Below are positions 38,690-53,049 of a stretch of 64,000 nt of DNA, piece after piece. Below the pieces are notes generated by a model. It saw nothing but the letters and a program-made list of their open reading frames with translations. It did no database searches and was not told where the DNA came from. Source of the stretch: Octopus sinensis (lineage: Eukaryota). The stretch covers positions 44,888,001 to 44,952,000 of the forward strand of contig NC_043009.1 in assembly GCF_006345805.1 (NCBI RefSeq), in the 5' to 3' direction. Position 1 is the stretch's first letter. Each line of letters opens with the position of its first letter. The position numbers and the translations under genes are program-made.

Positions 38690-38900
38690 AGAGAGAGACA
38701 GACAGACTGTGTGATGCTAAGAGAAAGAGACAGATTATACAGAGAATGCGATGCTAAGAGAAAGAGAGAGAGGCAGATATACAAAGAGTGACAGACAGAC
38801 TGTGTGATGCAAAGAGAAAGAGACAGATTATAGAGAGAATGCGATGCTAAGAGAAAGAGAGAGACAGATATACAGAGAGAGACAGATATACAGAGAGAGA
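38690..38900. repeat. Two tandem copies of an about 100-bp (GA)-rich unit
   Basis: gacagacagactgtgtgatgc.aagagaaagagacagattata.agagaatgcgatgctaagagaaagagagag occurs twice. Confidence 0.8.
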
Positions 38901-39555
38901 CAGACAGACAGACAGATATACAAACCAAAGAGAGTGAGAGAAAATATATAGAGGAAGAGGATAAACGGACAATGAGAGGGTCTGGCAGAGCCATTCCTAA
39001 TACGCTGAGTGACGTGTTTGGTTCTATTGTCAGCTGTAGAAAGACGCAAGTTGCTATTTGCGTAAATATACGGCTGAAAAGCTACAACAATCGACGTACT
39101 CAAAAGCCTTTGTATATACAACTAATTAGACACTAGAAGTTTCCTCTTCCTACTGTGCCTGATTGTTTCTGGTTTCAGGAATAGACATAGAACCAGAAAG
39201 TCGATCATTTTCTCTCTCCTCGCGGAAACTACCATATTTAGTTAAGCGTACGCAACTCTAGAGAGTGTTTTTTACCCATATAATGGCCATGTAGTGAGGG
39301 ATCAAAGCAACATCGCTCCAACATCACAAAATGATCCCTCAATTCTTTTTTTCACCCCACCCACCCCCACACTATATCATCAAAACATATTTCTTAAATT
39401 TATAAATAAATAAAAAAAAAAGAATCGTTAAAGAAAGAATTAATACCCACCCCCATTTCTTAGAAGATTATTTTTTTTTAATCAATGTTAATTATGCAAA
39501 AAAAAGGGAGGAAAATACAAAAGAATCGAATAAGAACAGTGAAGATGAATGATAT

Positions 39556-39608
<53 letters not shown>

Positions 39609-39885
39609 TAGATAGATAGATAGATAGATCAGATTCCAATTAGAATGAATGGGGAGCGCAATATAAATACCAATCATATATTGGTGTTGACAAGCTCGAG
39701 TATCCCTCCACTGGAGGAGACCTTAATTTAAGAAATATCTAACCCCAAAAAAAAAAAAAACGCATCATTCGATTAAGTATTATTATATATGTATGATTAA
39801 CACGGAGAGACAAAAAGAAAAAAAAAAAACAGAGGTGATCCCGTTGAAGATAACGTTTAACGTAATACCGTTTAGGTTATAGCTA

Positions 39886-39937
<52 letters not shown>

Positions 39938-40125
39938 ATATTTAGGTAGGTCGCTGCACTCATAGCTAAAGACAAATCCACACCCACCCATTCTCGCATA
40001 TTAATCATACACTCACAACAGAAATCAATGATTCTTTTTTTTTTTTTTTCTTACTCATCTATAAAACCTTCTAGATTCATCAAGAACCATCATGTTCTTC
40101 ATGGTGACGGAACGACCTTTCCCCC

Positions 40126-40158
<33 letters not shown>

Positions 40159-41142
40159 TTCCACACACACATACATACATACATACATACACATATGTAT
40201 GTGTGTGTTTGTGTTTATGTCAAGTAAAATAGAAAAAAAATAATTTTTAAGGTTAAAACTGAGTACATTTTAGTAGAGTATATATATGCTTTATTAAATT
40301 TTTATAAGGAAATGGTTGAAAGTGACTCCGAAGTTTCGGCCTGCTCACCTTCATTACAGTGTGTGTGTGTGTAGTTTGTATACCATCTTATACAAGAAAT
40401 GGAAGATAATTAAAGACAATATAAAACCAGAGAAGAAATGGTTTAAACTCGTCTTACCTTGTCTATCGTGGCAGAAATTACTTAAGGTTGACTTTAGAAG
40501 CAGAAATTCGGCGGTGGGCGCCAGTGTGAATGATATTCCTTTGAATCTTTTCTCAGCTCTTTTTCACTTAATGATGGTACTGTAAATTAATTGTAAAAAA
40601 GGATTTGTTTTGGTTTGCTTTTTTTTTTTAAATAAAAAGATAAGGCTTAGGGGGGAAAAACACTTTAAATTTCAGTTGTTCTGTGTGTATTAGTTACAAA
40701 TATCTATGTATCTATGTATGTATATATATTACACTTGTAAAGGGTTATGTATTATATTGTTGTTAGATTGTGGAGCTCCATTAGTGTTGAATATATAAAA
40801 TAAGAAAGGTTGCATCATTTCATAAACGTGAATGTGTTCTTCCATAGCGATAGAATGGTGGCTAAAGAAGCTATTGCTCTGAAGAGCAAGGTCGGAGGGA
40901 ATTAGAAGATACAAAGACAGAGGTATCTAGGAAAAGAGAGAGTGATATAAACATAAATACAGAGAGAAGGAGAGAGAGAGAGAGTAGAAGGTAGTTATTG
41001 ATTTAAATGAAACTGGAAAATAACAATGAGAAGGTATTAATGCCTCAAGCTAGTAATTGCTTCTCTAGTGATGATAGTAGTAGTTGCAGTATCCACTTGT
41101 ATCTATGTGCATCGTACACACAAATGAATATATACTAATACA

Positions 41143-41183
<41 letters not shown>

Positions 41184-41996
41184 GCGTATATATATATATA
41201 TATCTGTGTGGGTAAATAGATGGTTGGTGTTAATGTAAATTGTTCGCAAACAGTGTGCATTTAAAAGGAATAGGTTTCAGTCTTAGCAAACAACCCATGG
41301 CTCTATAGTACTGTCTCTCCGTCAAGCGTATAGGCCTGTATATGATGTGCGTGTCCCTAGATGACCACGACTGTGTCGGTGTATGTGCATGGGTATGTGT
41401 GTGTGTGCGTGTGTGTATGTGCATATGTGGTTGTGTGGTGTGGCTGTGAATGTAATTGTTGTGGTTGTGGTTGTAGTTGTGTACCAGCATTGCAATTAAA
41501 ACAACTCCAGACTCTGATAAGACGAACTAACTGAGAAATACCGGGCGGTAGGCAAATACTCCAGAAATAAGAAGTATTGGTTAGCAAGTTGTAACAACAG
41601 CATAAAACACACACACACACACATGCATCTACACATACGCACACACACATACACACACTCACACGCAAGAACACCTTTGGTACGTGAGTGAGTAAGACAT
41701 GAGATTTCGGTAGGCGGGTGTTGTTAGTGATGAGTAAGTTTTGTTGCTGTCAAGGTGCTTGTAGCAGAGGGAAAGTGCACACTAGCAATTCTGCTGTTGT
41801 TGCTGTGGCTGTGGTTGTTGCCTTTCGTGATGATTATGCTGACGATGATGATGATGATGATGATGATGATGGGTGTGGGAATGCGAGGTAGTAGGGTTGA
41901 TGATGATTACGACGACGATGACGATGATGCAAGCAAAAGTTTACAATAACAATGAGGATGATAGCGTGGTGGTGATGGTGGTGGTGGTGGTGGGAC

Positions 41997-42029
<33 letters not shown>

Positions 42030-43379
42030 AGTAATGGTAGCAGCGGTTGTGATGATGATGATGATAACGGAGATGATGTTGAGAGTAATAATGCGGTGAG
42101 GGAAAAACACTTGTTGCATTTGACAAGAAATATGGAAACAAAAATTAAATTAATTCAAGACATAAATTCAAAGTTAAAGAATAATATTGGTTTTAAATTT
42201 TTGGCACAAGATCAACAATTTCGGAAAAGAGGTAAGTCGATTACATCGACCACAGTGCTCAACTGGTACTCATTTTATCGACCCCGAAAGGACGAAAGGC
42301 AAAAATCGACCCCCAGAGGAATTTCAACTCAGAACGTAAAGTCGGAAGAAATACCGCTAAGCATTTTTTCCGGCACGGTAAATAATAACATTGATTGATA
42401 ATCATTGATACTACACCGCGAATTTGCTAATGCAAAACCAAGTTGACCTCACCGAGATTTGAACACAGAAAGAGTTGGTTAGTTTATTTCCCCGTAACTT
42501 AACAGTTTGGTTTTAAAGATCTACAATTATCAGGCTTTAAGTATCAGGCTTTAAAAAAAGGGGTAAGTATCAGGCTTTAAAAGTATCAGGCGTTAAATTA
42601 TCAGGCTTTAAAAGTATCAGGCTTTAAAAAAAGGGGCAAGTACTGGGATGGATTCGTTTGACTAAAACCCTTCAAGGCGGTGCCCCAGCATGGCCGCACT
42701 CCAATGACTGAAACAAGTAAAAAACAGACGTGTTAAAAAATACTGCAGGGCAATATGCTCCAGAACTCTATTGCTTCGACCGTCCGCAGTTCTTCGGTAC
42801 AAAGCCGTACCTTTTGGTGATGGGGGCGGTTACATTAATATATGACTCGGTATTTAATTGGGATTTCATTCATCAACTCTGGAAGGATGAAAAGCAAAAA
42901 TGACTTCAGCGAATGAGCCAACAATTTTTTTCAGGGAAAAGTTTAGTCGATGCAGTGGACCCTATTACTTGACTGGTACTTTATTTTAACGACCTCGGAG
43001 GGATGAAAGGCAATGTTGGCCTCGGTGGGAAGTGAATTCAAAACGTTAAGAGTCAGAGCAAGTACCGCCAAAGCATTTCGTCCGACGCTCAAACGATTCT
43101 TTCTTGGCCACAAGAACGACGGTACAAGAGACGTTGCAAAGAGCATTTATATAAATGGTGGAAGGGGAGTAAACAAAAAAAATATAAGCATGAAAAATGC
43201 GCGCGCGTGTGTGCGTGCATGTGTATGCGTGTGTTTGTGTGCATGTGTGTGTGTGTATGTATGTGTATGCGCGCGCGTGTGCGTATGTGTAGATTGATAG
43301 ATAGATAGATAGAGATCCCAAGAGCGGAATACACACAAAGGTGAAGCCCTCTCCAGGCTGTGTTCTCCAGCCTGCAAGC

Positions 43380-44500
43380 GCATGCCGAGTTTAAGCTTAT
43401 TTGTCCGGGCTATACTCTGAACTTTCATCATATTTACTGAAGTACAGCATGCAACTCACCACCTCACCTTCCTCCCACTGCAGAATTTGAAGTTGTTGAA
43501 GAAAATATCAGTCCGCAATGCTTTCAATCTTGTCCGCCATACAACTTTCGGCATGGCCACCACATATAGGAAAACCGACATCACCTTTCCGTAACTAATA
43601 AAGAGCTATAGAGTAATACTTACGCTGGTTTCGGCTAATAATTAACTCCATCCTACACATGACAACAGCGGTTCGACAAAACTCTGCAATGGTCAGACAG
43701 TGAACAAGTTTGTGTAAGCGATTTATTTGATTCGCACGAATTTCGTCCAGACCTAGCTACCGATGTTTCAGTACCAGTAGATTTATTTCGAACTGCCCTC
43801 AGTAGTACATTGAGACCATGAGTTTCTAGAAGCTTTCAATAGCTCACGAGTTAAAATTCAAATGAATAGATCTTTCGGTTAATCTTCACCGACGCCCGAG
43901 ATCTCTCTGAGAATATCGTCGCTTTTTTCTTATAACTAACCATCGATAGATTGAATATGTTGACATATCATCGACCACATTACCCGACTGCTGAGTGTCT
44001 GGCGATGTCCCAGATGTCAAGCATCCAATTTCAGACCCCGCTTGACTTAGGACAACAATTAAGTCAAAGGAATTAACTGTGGGGGGAAAAATCGTTCCTC
44101 ATAAATGGTTATAACATCTGACCAGCGCTCAGGAATTTCAGTAGGCGCTTCAACGTGAGCGCATGTCCGCACATCGTCAGCCATGGCGTACCGCGTCTTT
44201 TACAAAGGTCTTGGCGGCAGATGAACCTTTTGACCTGTGGAACATGTCTGTTATACAAGAAGCCAAAGAGCAGACGCTCCAATCTTGACATATAAAAACT
44301 GGGCAAAGCACGACAGTCATTGGAGGTGATGTATGTTTACCATATTTGATCACAATGCTTGTGACTTCGTTCCAGTTCCTATCTACCTGATGATTTGGCC
44401 CGCACGCAGTCCTAAGCACTTTAAGACAACAGAAGATCCAGATCCAGTGAACCAAGACCGCGGCTGGTGTGGACTATCTTTTTTAAGAAACTAAGTTGCA
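43380..44500 (-). mobile_element. Degenerate L1/Tx1-clade LINE 3' ORF2 remnant
   Basis: LERLLFGFLYNRHVPQVKRFICRQ and SFVEPLLSCVG..VFLYVVAMPKVVWRTRLKALRTD resemble Tx1/L1 C-terminal blocks; many stops and frameshifts. Confidence 0.6.
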
Positions 44501-44760
44501 AGATCACTGATATGTCTTGGCTAATGCATCGTTCTGTTATTACTTTGTAATTCGATAAAGCAAATGAAAAAGATAAGAGAAATGAAACGACAAAAACCTG
44601 CCTTGTTGCTGTGTTGTTATTGATATATAAATAATAGTAAAGCGGCAATTGCTTTCGCAATGTTATATAAATAAAACGAAAGCTATGTACTTCACCACCA
44701 GGGGGACCTGTTGCATCAGTTACATTACTTGCGTTCAGGATAAGTTGCAATATATCATGC

Positions 44761-44802
<42 letters not shown>

Positions 44803-44827
44803 TATATAAACACACACATGTGTGTGT

Positions 44828-44878
<51 letters not shown>

Positions 44879-45098
44879 TTTGTGTGTGTGTGTGTACATG
44901 TTATTGCTGGTTAACTGAAGCAATAGTGACTGATGAAGATTTTGTTATGCTCTGATTAATATCACATATCAGGTTATGTAAGTATGGTATGTAACTGACA
45001 AACCTTTCCTCGAAATATGGCTTATATATATATACATATGTGTGCGTGTATATATATACACCCATACATATACATATGATTATGCATCTATCTATCTA

Positions 45099-45129
<31 letters not shown>

Positions 45130-45400
45130 GTGTGTGTATGTATGTTTGTATGTATGTATGTATGTATGTATGTAATATAAATAATATATAAATATATGCA
45201 TATATACATACATGTACATACCTACATATATATGTATATATACATGCATATATGGGTACAAGACATCAAAAAACCGTAGACACAATGAGAAACGAAAACA
45301 TAAAAGCAAAAACATAAAAACGAACTTTTTTTCAAAACAACGAAAAAAACAAAGAAACAAGACATATAACACAAGGAATATTCCCCTTCTTCAGTTGTCC
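45130..45400 (-). repeat. Interspersed repeat resembling a PLE terminal repeat (CTGAAGAAGGGG half-core, then T-rich and microsatellite tail)
   Basis: Only the 5' half of a hammerhead core is visible; classification is inference. Confidence 0.3.
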
Positions 45401-45846
45401 CTGTTTCATCTACTCCGCGTGTCGAAGGCAAGGACAAGACTCGACTTCGTTGAAACAATCCTTCCTGCAAAGCAAATTAAATAAAATTTGGGATTTTTTG
45501 CGGAGGGTGAAAGTGGTAACAAAAACAGGACAGTGAGAACAAGACAGTAAAAACAAACGGTGAGGGTTGATAAGCCAAGACGATGTGGAAAATTATGAAC
45601 GCTAGAAAGACGAGCTATGAGAAGAGACTGGTAAAAGCACGTCTTGTCTTTACGAAGGAAGTGGAAGAAAGATAGATCGCCTTTCGACACGTGTCAGCGA
45701 CGAGAGAGTCAAAGAGGAAGAGTGAGAGAGGGAACGGTGAAGGGGAGAGGAGAAAATAGGGAAAGGGTGGGAGAGAAAAACAGAAAGGAAGAAGAACAAG
45801 AGAGGGAGATACACATGCGCATATATATTTGATGCAAAACTACCAG

Positions 45847-45879
<33 letters not shown>

Positions 45880-46157
45880 TTAATAATGAACGATACTACT
45901 TGTAGCACCAGTGTGCTAAAGATAGCAGTCGAAATGACTCGAAACCACAAGGACGAAATTGAGGGAAAGGGTAGTAATATACTTATGTCTGTCTGATGAA
46001 ATCTCATTGAAAAACCTGCTCTTTGTAGAAACAGTTGTAATTTACCAGACGCGTCATTTGTTTGTATAAAATAATGAAATTGAAATGATTTTATCATTTA
46101 ATGATTAAATTACTTAATTGTTCAATTTATTATCTTTATTTCCATTTCTAATTTATA

Positions 46158-46199
<42 letters not shown>

Positions 46200-46239
46200 C
46201 TTCTCTCTTTCTCACTCACTCTCTCTCTCTCTCTCTCTA

Positions 46240-46283
<44 letters not shown>

Positions 46284-46467
46284 CATACATATATATATAC
46301 ATACCTATATTCATTCATTTATATGTGCACATAAACAAATATACTGTTTATAAAAGTACTACTAAACTTCTAAGATACATACATATCTACAAATATATAC
46401 ACACACATTTAAATATACATATACACACAGATATACACATATATATACAAACACATTTGCGTGTATG

Positions 46468-46509
<42 letters not shown>

Positions 46510-47499
46510 ACAGAGATGGAGAGAGTACTTGTTTTATAAACAACAGCTTAATGCACTCTTGAAGGCGACTTAAGTTTTAAAATGGGCGAAATATTTTACT
46601 TCGTTTGGGACAACCAAAGCGTAATTGCTTGATTCGTTCATTAGGCTGCAATAGGAAATAGTGCAAAAATACGTGGGGGGCAATTTACGAGAAATCTCAA
46701 GAAAAGTTTATCACTTTGAGGAAGTGAAAATTAAGACAGAGACGGTAACACAGGTTTTCAGAAAACTTGCTTTTCCTGGTAAGCAATTCTCTGATAGCTA
46801 TAGGTACAAGAAAATTTTCGAAAATTTTCTACGAAGATAGGATAACCTTGCAGTCCTAATATGAAGGCGTTTTTCTCAAACTCAACAAATAGTTTATTTA
46901 GGTTTTTCATGTAAATATGCAGATACTTGCAGACTACATCAGGTATGCAATGTAAGATCGGTAGAGTATGAAACAGATATCACTTCAATGAAGCCAAATC
47001 AGACGGTTATTATGAGCGAGAGAGCATTCAAAAAAAGATATTACAACGATAGATGATCCATCAGATACACTGTCAGAAGAAATTCTATCATTCTAGCCAA
47101 CCACTTCTGGAAAATGGTATGGAGATGGAGTATTTACTACAATATTAAATGGAGATGCCTCGAAAGATCTAAATGATACGTAAAGGGATAGAAAATGCAG
47201 ACATTGTACGATAAAATGAGCACATATCCTGCTGAAATCAAAGAACTCTAAATTTCAAAGGAGAGATATTTATCAGATGTCTTCAAGCAAATAAATTCAT
47301 CCTGTCCAATAGAAAAATCCAGCGTTGGTTTAGCAACACCGGCCTTCTTGGTTCAAGTGTGGATACATCGTACATTTTCTGCTTTCTTCTTTCAATCGTC
47401 CCTTAATTTTACACTTCACGACTATAGACACACAAGCTATATGAGCAAATTACAAACTCCGAACAAATTATGTTAACAATCTAACCATCTAGCAAAGTT

Positions 47500-47824
47500 C
47501 TGTAAACAGTCAACTGTAGATCTAAAAATGTAGTCTACAGCATAAGTTGCATAGGAGGTGCTTGTAAAAAAATGAACATGACATACATAGGAGAGACATC
47601 TAGGAGCATTGCGGAAAGACTGAATGAACATTTGAGACAATATGACGACAAAAAAACAATCCTCCATGTTTTACCAACATGCCAAGGACCAACAAGGAGG
47701 CAACCTGGGTCAACTTGTCATTCGCATTTTATTCAAGCACTCAAAGGATCCAACACTCAGACAAATACAAGAGTACGTCCTCATAAATGATATATCGCCA
47801 GTACTAAATAGGAAATATACGTAG
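47500..47824 (+). pseudogene. GIY-YIG endonuclease remnant (Penelope-type)
   Basis: TVNCRSKNVVYSISCIGGACKKMNMTYIGETSRSIAERLNEH, one frameshift in an A-run, then SSMFYQHAKD..RQIQEYVLINDISPVLNRKYT*. Confidence 0.85.
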
Positions 47825-47889
47825 TAGGTAATCATGCCCCTATTCCCACGGTTTATATTTATATATAAGTAGAATAGTTAGTGGGCTGT

Positions 47890-48279
47890 TAAATAGATGT
47901 GTGTGTGTGTGTGTGTGAGTGTGTGTGTGTGTGTGAGTGTGTGTGTGTGTGCGTATACGTATATGTATGTGCACATGTATGTAGGTAAATGAATATGAAT
48001 GTAAACAGATAGACATACAGACGGATAGATACATAGGTAATATGAACAGACAAGCACACATACATACTTACATAAATGAAGACTAAAAATCGTGATCACA
48101 CACACATACACATACACACACACCTCACTTCACACAAGGACACATATGGAGACACACATCCATACATCCAACATAGTACATAGTCACAAAAACCCATACA
48201 CGGACACACTCAGACATGTACACACAATGAGACAGAGGTACACAGGTACACACATGCAAACACGCACACACACACACAT

Positions 48280-48310
<31 letters not shown>

Positions 48311-48485
48311 TAAAAACACACAAACACATGAATATGCAGAATACATACATACAAACGTACAGACAAACATACATATGTACATAAGCACACACACACACAC
48401 ACACGCATACATGTATACACACATTTACATGCATACATACATGCATACATGCATACATGTGTAAACGCACACACATGCGCACAAA
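47890..48485. repeat. Long compound (GT)/(CA)/(TACA) microsatellite block
   Basis: Direct inspection; accounts for the overlapping low-complexity ORFs. Confidence 0.9.
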
Positions 48486-48528
48486 CAAACAAAAAGAACG
48501 CAGCTCGGATAACGGACAGAGTCAGCGA

Positions 48529-48651
48529 CTTTTGAAAAGGTTGCAAGACACAACGAAAATTTTAGGAAAAATAAATAAGTGAATGAGTGGAAACTTTACC
48601 GGTGAGTGTGTTAAATAATAAGGCACTAAAAGAGAATGACTCTCCCCAGAT

Positions 48652-48660
<9 letters not shown>
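48529..48660 (+). mobile_element. Single-arm PLE terminal-repeat family B fragment with U3-A8 hammerhead motif
   Basis: ctt TTGAAAA G gttgc aagac acaac GAA AATT T tag followed by the family B arm. Confidence 0.7.
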
Positions 48661-48698
<38 letters not shown>

Positions 48699-48792
48699 CG
48701 TGACCGACCAGGCTATCAGATGTTGCTACGCATCGCTGGTCACAATGCGTTTCGCATTGTTTTAGCCTTCAAATGACACCACCCCGCTGTAC

Positions 48793-48867
<75 letters not shown>

Positions 48868-49360
48868 TAAATATTATATATAAAAGAATGTGAAATGAAA
48901 GAAAATAGTTTCTGACAACACAGAAAGTTTAATAAAACCTTTATATTTCAGGCACAAAAGCCCATCTTCAGAAGAAACGAACAGTCTAAGAAAACCCAGT
49001 TATGTAGGATCCATTAATCCATTAATCCATTAATCCATTAATCCATTCAAACTCCCCAGCGTTTATGTAACAGCAGAAGTCGCTCTCCAAACCTAAGTGT
49101 AATTGTCGTTCAACGCGTTGGTCTGAACAAACAACAATCACCCAGCTGTTGCTATAAGATACCATTTGTAATATGACGGCTCAATATCAGTAGTAGTAGT
49201 GGCAGTCGCCCTTTAAGTATTGCCGGCTGTTCGAGTGTTGGTGCAAACAAATCTCGGCTGCTGTTGTAGGTCATTCACCATCAATTGGATGCTGTCATAG
49301 GGGCCACCGGCTCTACTCCGATCCGCTGTTAATTTTCGGGTTGATGCGGTGGATCAGTAA

Positions 49361-49770
49361 ACTAGCAGCATAGCCCGACGTTGCCCGGGTATGTAAGAGC
49401 CCCTAGTAGGCAACGACTAATTCCAATCTAGTTCTTTCCCTCTAGGGAACGAAGGCGCATGTGTAGGTTGCAATGTCTTCTCTTCACTCGAATACTTCTA
49501 TGTATATGATGTTCCTAGCTGTCTCCCGACAGAAAATGTGTTGCATATAAAATGCTTAGATTCTCGACCCCATGTCGAATTTATTGATTTTTTTCAGAAC
49601 TGGGGGAACTTTTCAAAATTTTCGCTGCGTTAGTTTTGAATTATGACATTGGGCTATGTGTGTGTCAACTTTCATCAGAATCGGTTGAAAGCCGTAGTCA
49701 GGGTGAGGGTACAACCTGACAGCCACACAGACACACAGACAGACAAACTGCCGTTTATATATAGAGAGAT
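49361..49770 (+). mobile_element. Helentron-associated non-autonomous element (HINE / DINE-1-like)
   Basis: 5' actagcagcatagcccgacgttgcccggg, 3' (caga)n..tttatatatagagagat; splits the PLE ORF. Confidence 0.7.
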
Positions 49771-50236
49771 TACCGGTGTTATTCTCAGAGGTTAGTATGG
49801 AGGCGTCTATCATCTTGGCGGTATTGCCACATCTGGTCAAGTATTTGCCGAAGGACGCGTTGGTGGTGAACTGCTCCTTAATTCGGACGTGGAGTGGTCG
49901 TGTTGTGCTGCCGTTGTAGTGATTGCTGCATTTGGAGCACCGTATTTGGTACACCACGCACGTACGTAAGCACATGATTGAGTCATGAATGGGGCAGTTC
50001 GTTAGGGTGCAGGGCTGTTGTAGTGCACATGACCACCTCGTTGATAGGTGTTTGCGTAGGGATGGTCCTGAATGGGCCAACAGAATGTTGAGTCCCCTGC
50101 GGATAGCCTTGCAGATGGCGGGGGTGGTCTTCTCATTGAAGGGGAGAATCTTCAGGAAACAGGCATTAGAGATTCCGGATTAGAGATTTCGGCTTAAAGG
50201 ATCCTACATAACTGGACTTCTCTTTGACTGTTCGTT

Positions 50237-50273
50237 TCTTCTGAAGATGGGCCTTACGCCCGAAATATAAAGG
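50237..50273 (+). ncRNA. Minimal type I hammerhead ribozyme motif, canonical core (second copy on - strand at 48938-48975)
   Basis: tctt CTGAAGA T gggc cttac gccc GAA ATAT A aagg. Confidence 0.75.
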
Positions 50274-50799
50274 TTTTATAAAACATTTCGCATTGTCAGA
50301 AGCTGTCTATTTTCTCTCCTTTTACATTCTTCGATATTACAATGCTTCAAGCGAACTACAACGCTCTCATACACACACACACACAACACACACACACACA
50401 CACACACACGAACACGCACACGTGTGTGTGTATGTGTGTATATTGTTTCAGTCACTAGACTGTGGCGATGCTAAGGCCTGCTACTTATTCTATCGTTATC
50501 TTACGCCGAACCGCTAAGTTACGGAACATAAAAAACACTGCAGTGGTTGTTAAGCAGGGTGGAGGACAAACAAAAACAAAGACACACACATATAATAAAG
50601 CCTTGTATATCTAGAATGTGTGTGGAGAAAGAGAGAGTGAGAGAGACAGACAGACAGACAGTCAGACAGAGAGGGGGAAAAGGGGGAGAAAGAGACAGAG
50701 AGGGGGAGAGAAAAAGAGAGACACAAAGAGAGTGTAATACTTACATACATGCATACATACATACATACATACATACATACATACATACATACATACATA

Positions 50800-52208
<1,409 letters not shown>

Positions 52209-53049
52209 TGTTTGTAAATATGCGTGAAGGCGCGTGATGATCGTGGGTTCTATTCTTAGTATTGGGTAGTGCGTTGTGTCTTTGATTTCTCGTTGCTTCT
52301 GTCTACTCTGCTGTAAATGTACACCAGCCGATTGCAGGTGTACAACACCCTCGCTCTCTTCAGCCGTCACAACCTGAATTTTTCAGAAGGTCAACGGCGC
52401 GAGGACCGACAAGGTGTATCACTTCGTGACTACATGGGTACTTATGATTAAACCAAATGCATTCACAAGAAAACCACTGGCTATGTTGTACAATATTACA
52501 TTCCTTTTATATTTAGTAATATTTCCAATTTGTTGATGTTATCTAAATAGGTGTATATGTATCTCCTTCCGTCTCCTCTGATTCGTTTCACAAGTATGAT
52601 TTGTCTATCATTCGCCGAGGAAACCTAACACCGTTTGCAAGGACGAATCTATGACTTTTATACTGAAATAAATAAACCCATTGACAAGGAAGCAGTAAAT
52701 ATCTTATCACTGGAATGCAGTGTAGTATAACATCTCACTCTACGAAAGGCTATCATCTTGAATAGCCAGTCATAAGCAATTTTATCTAAATTACCAAGAC
52801 AGCGAGTAAACGTTTCAGTAGGTAAATCATATTAATAGTTTACATCAACTAACCTTCTTTTGAGGTTAACACCAACAGTATATACTTATGCTCGCTAGGG
52901 TAAGCCACTTGGCTCGATAATATGCAGTACTGGACCTCTTATCCGGCTTCTAGAAATCCGAGAATACTGTGAAACAACGTGGAATATATTGTAATCTACA
53001 CTGAGTAAACAGATCCTGCTTTTGAAGTTGGTTAATTTGTATATAGTGT

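Larger units (their letters stand above)
48884..50332 (-). mobile_element. 5'-truncated Penelope-like element with inverted terminal-repeat copy
   Basis: Arms at 48884-49012 and 50199-50332; - strand ORF remnant FLKILPFNE..AHSGPSLRKHLS..CVVYQIRCSKCSNHYNGSTTRPLHVRIKE..LLIHRINPKINSGSE*. Confidence 0.9.

Noticed and set aside
40310-40355. Decayed hammerhead 3' half (gccGAAACTTCggag on the - strand)
   Set aside because: The 5' core has two mismatches and stem I is missing; possibly an old PLE terminal repeat but not supportable
43750-43812. Minus-strand CTGAGGG...GAAACATCGGTA hammerhead look-alike
   Set aside because: A9 is not conserved, stems I and II do not close, and it lies inside the Tx1-like ORF remnant
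48725-48775. TTGAAGG...GCGAAACGCATT hammerhead look-alike
   Set aside because: Better explained by a simple acaatgcg/cgcattgt hairpin; core and stem III are non-canonical
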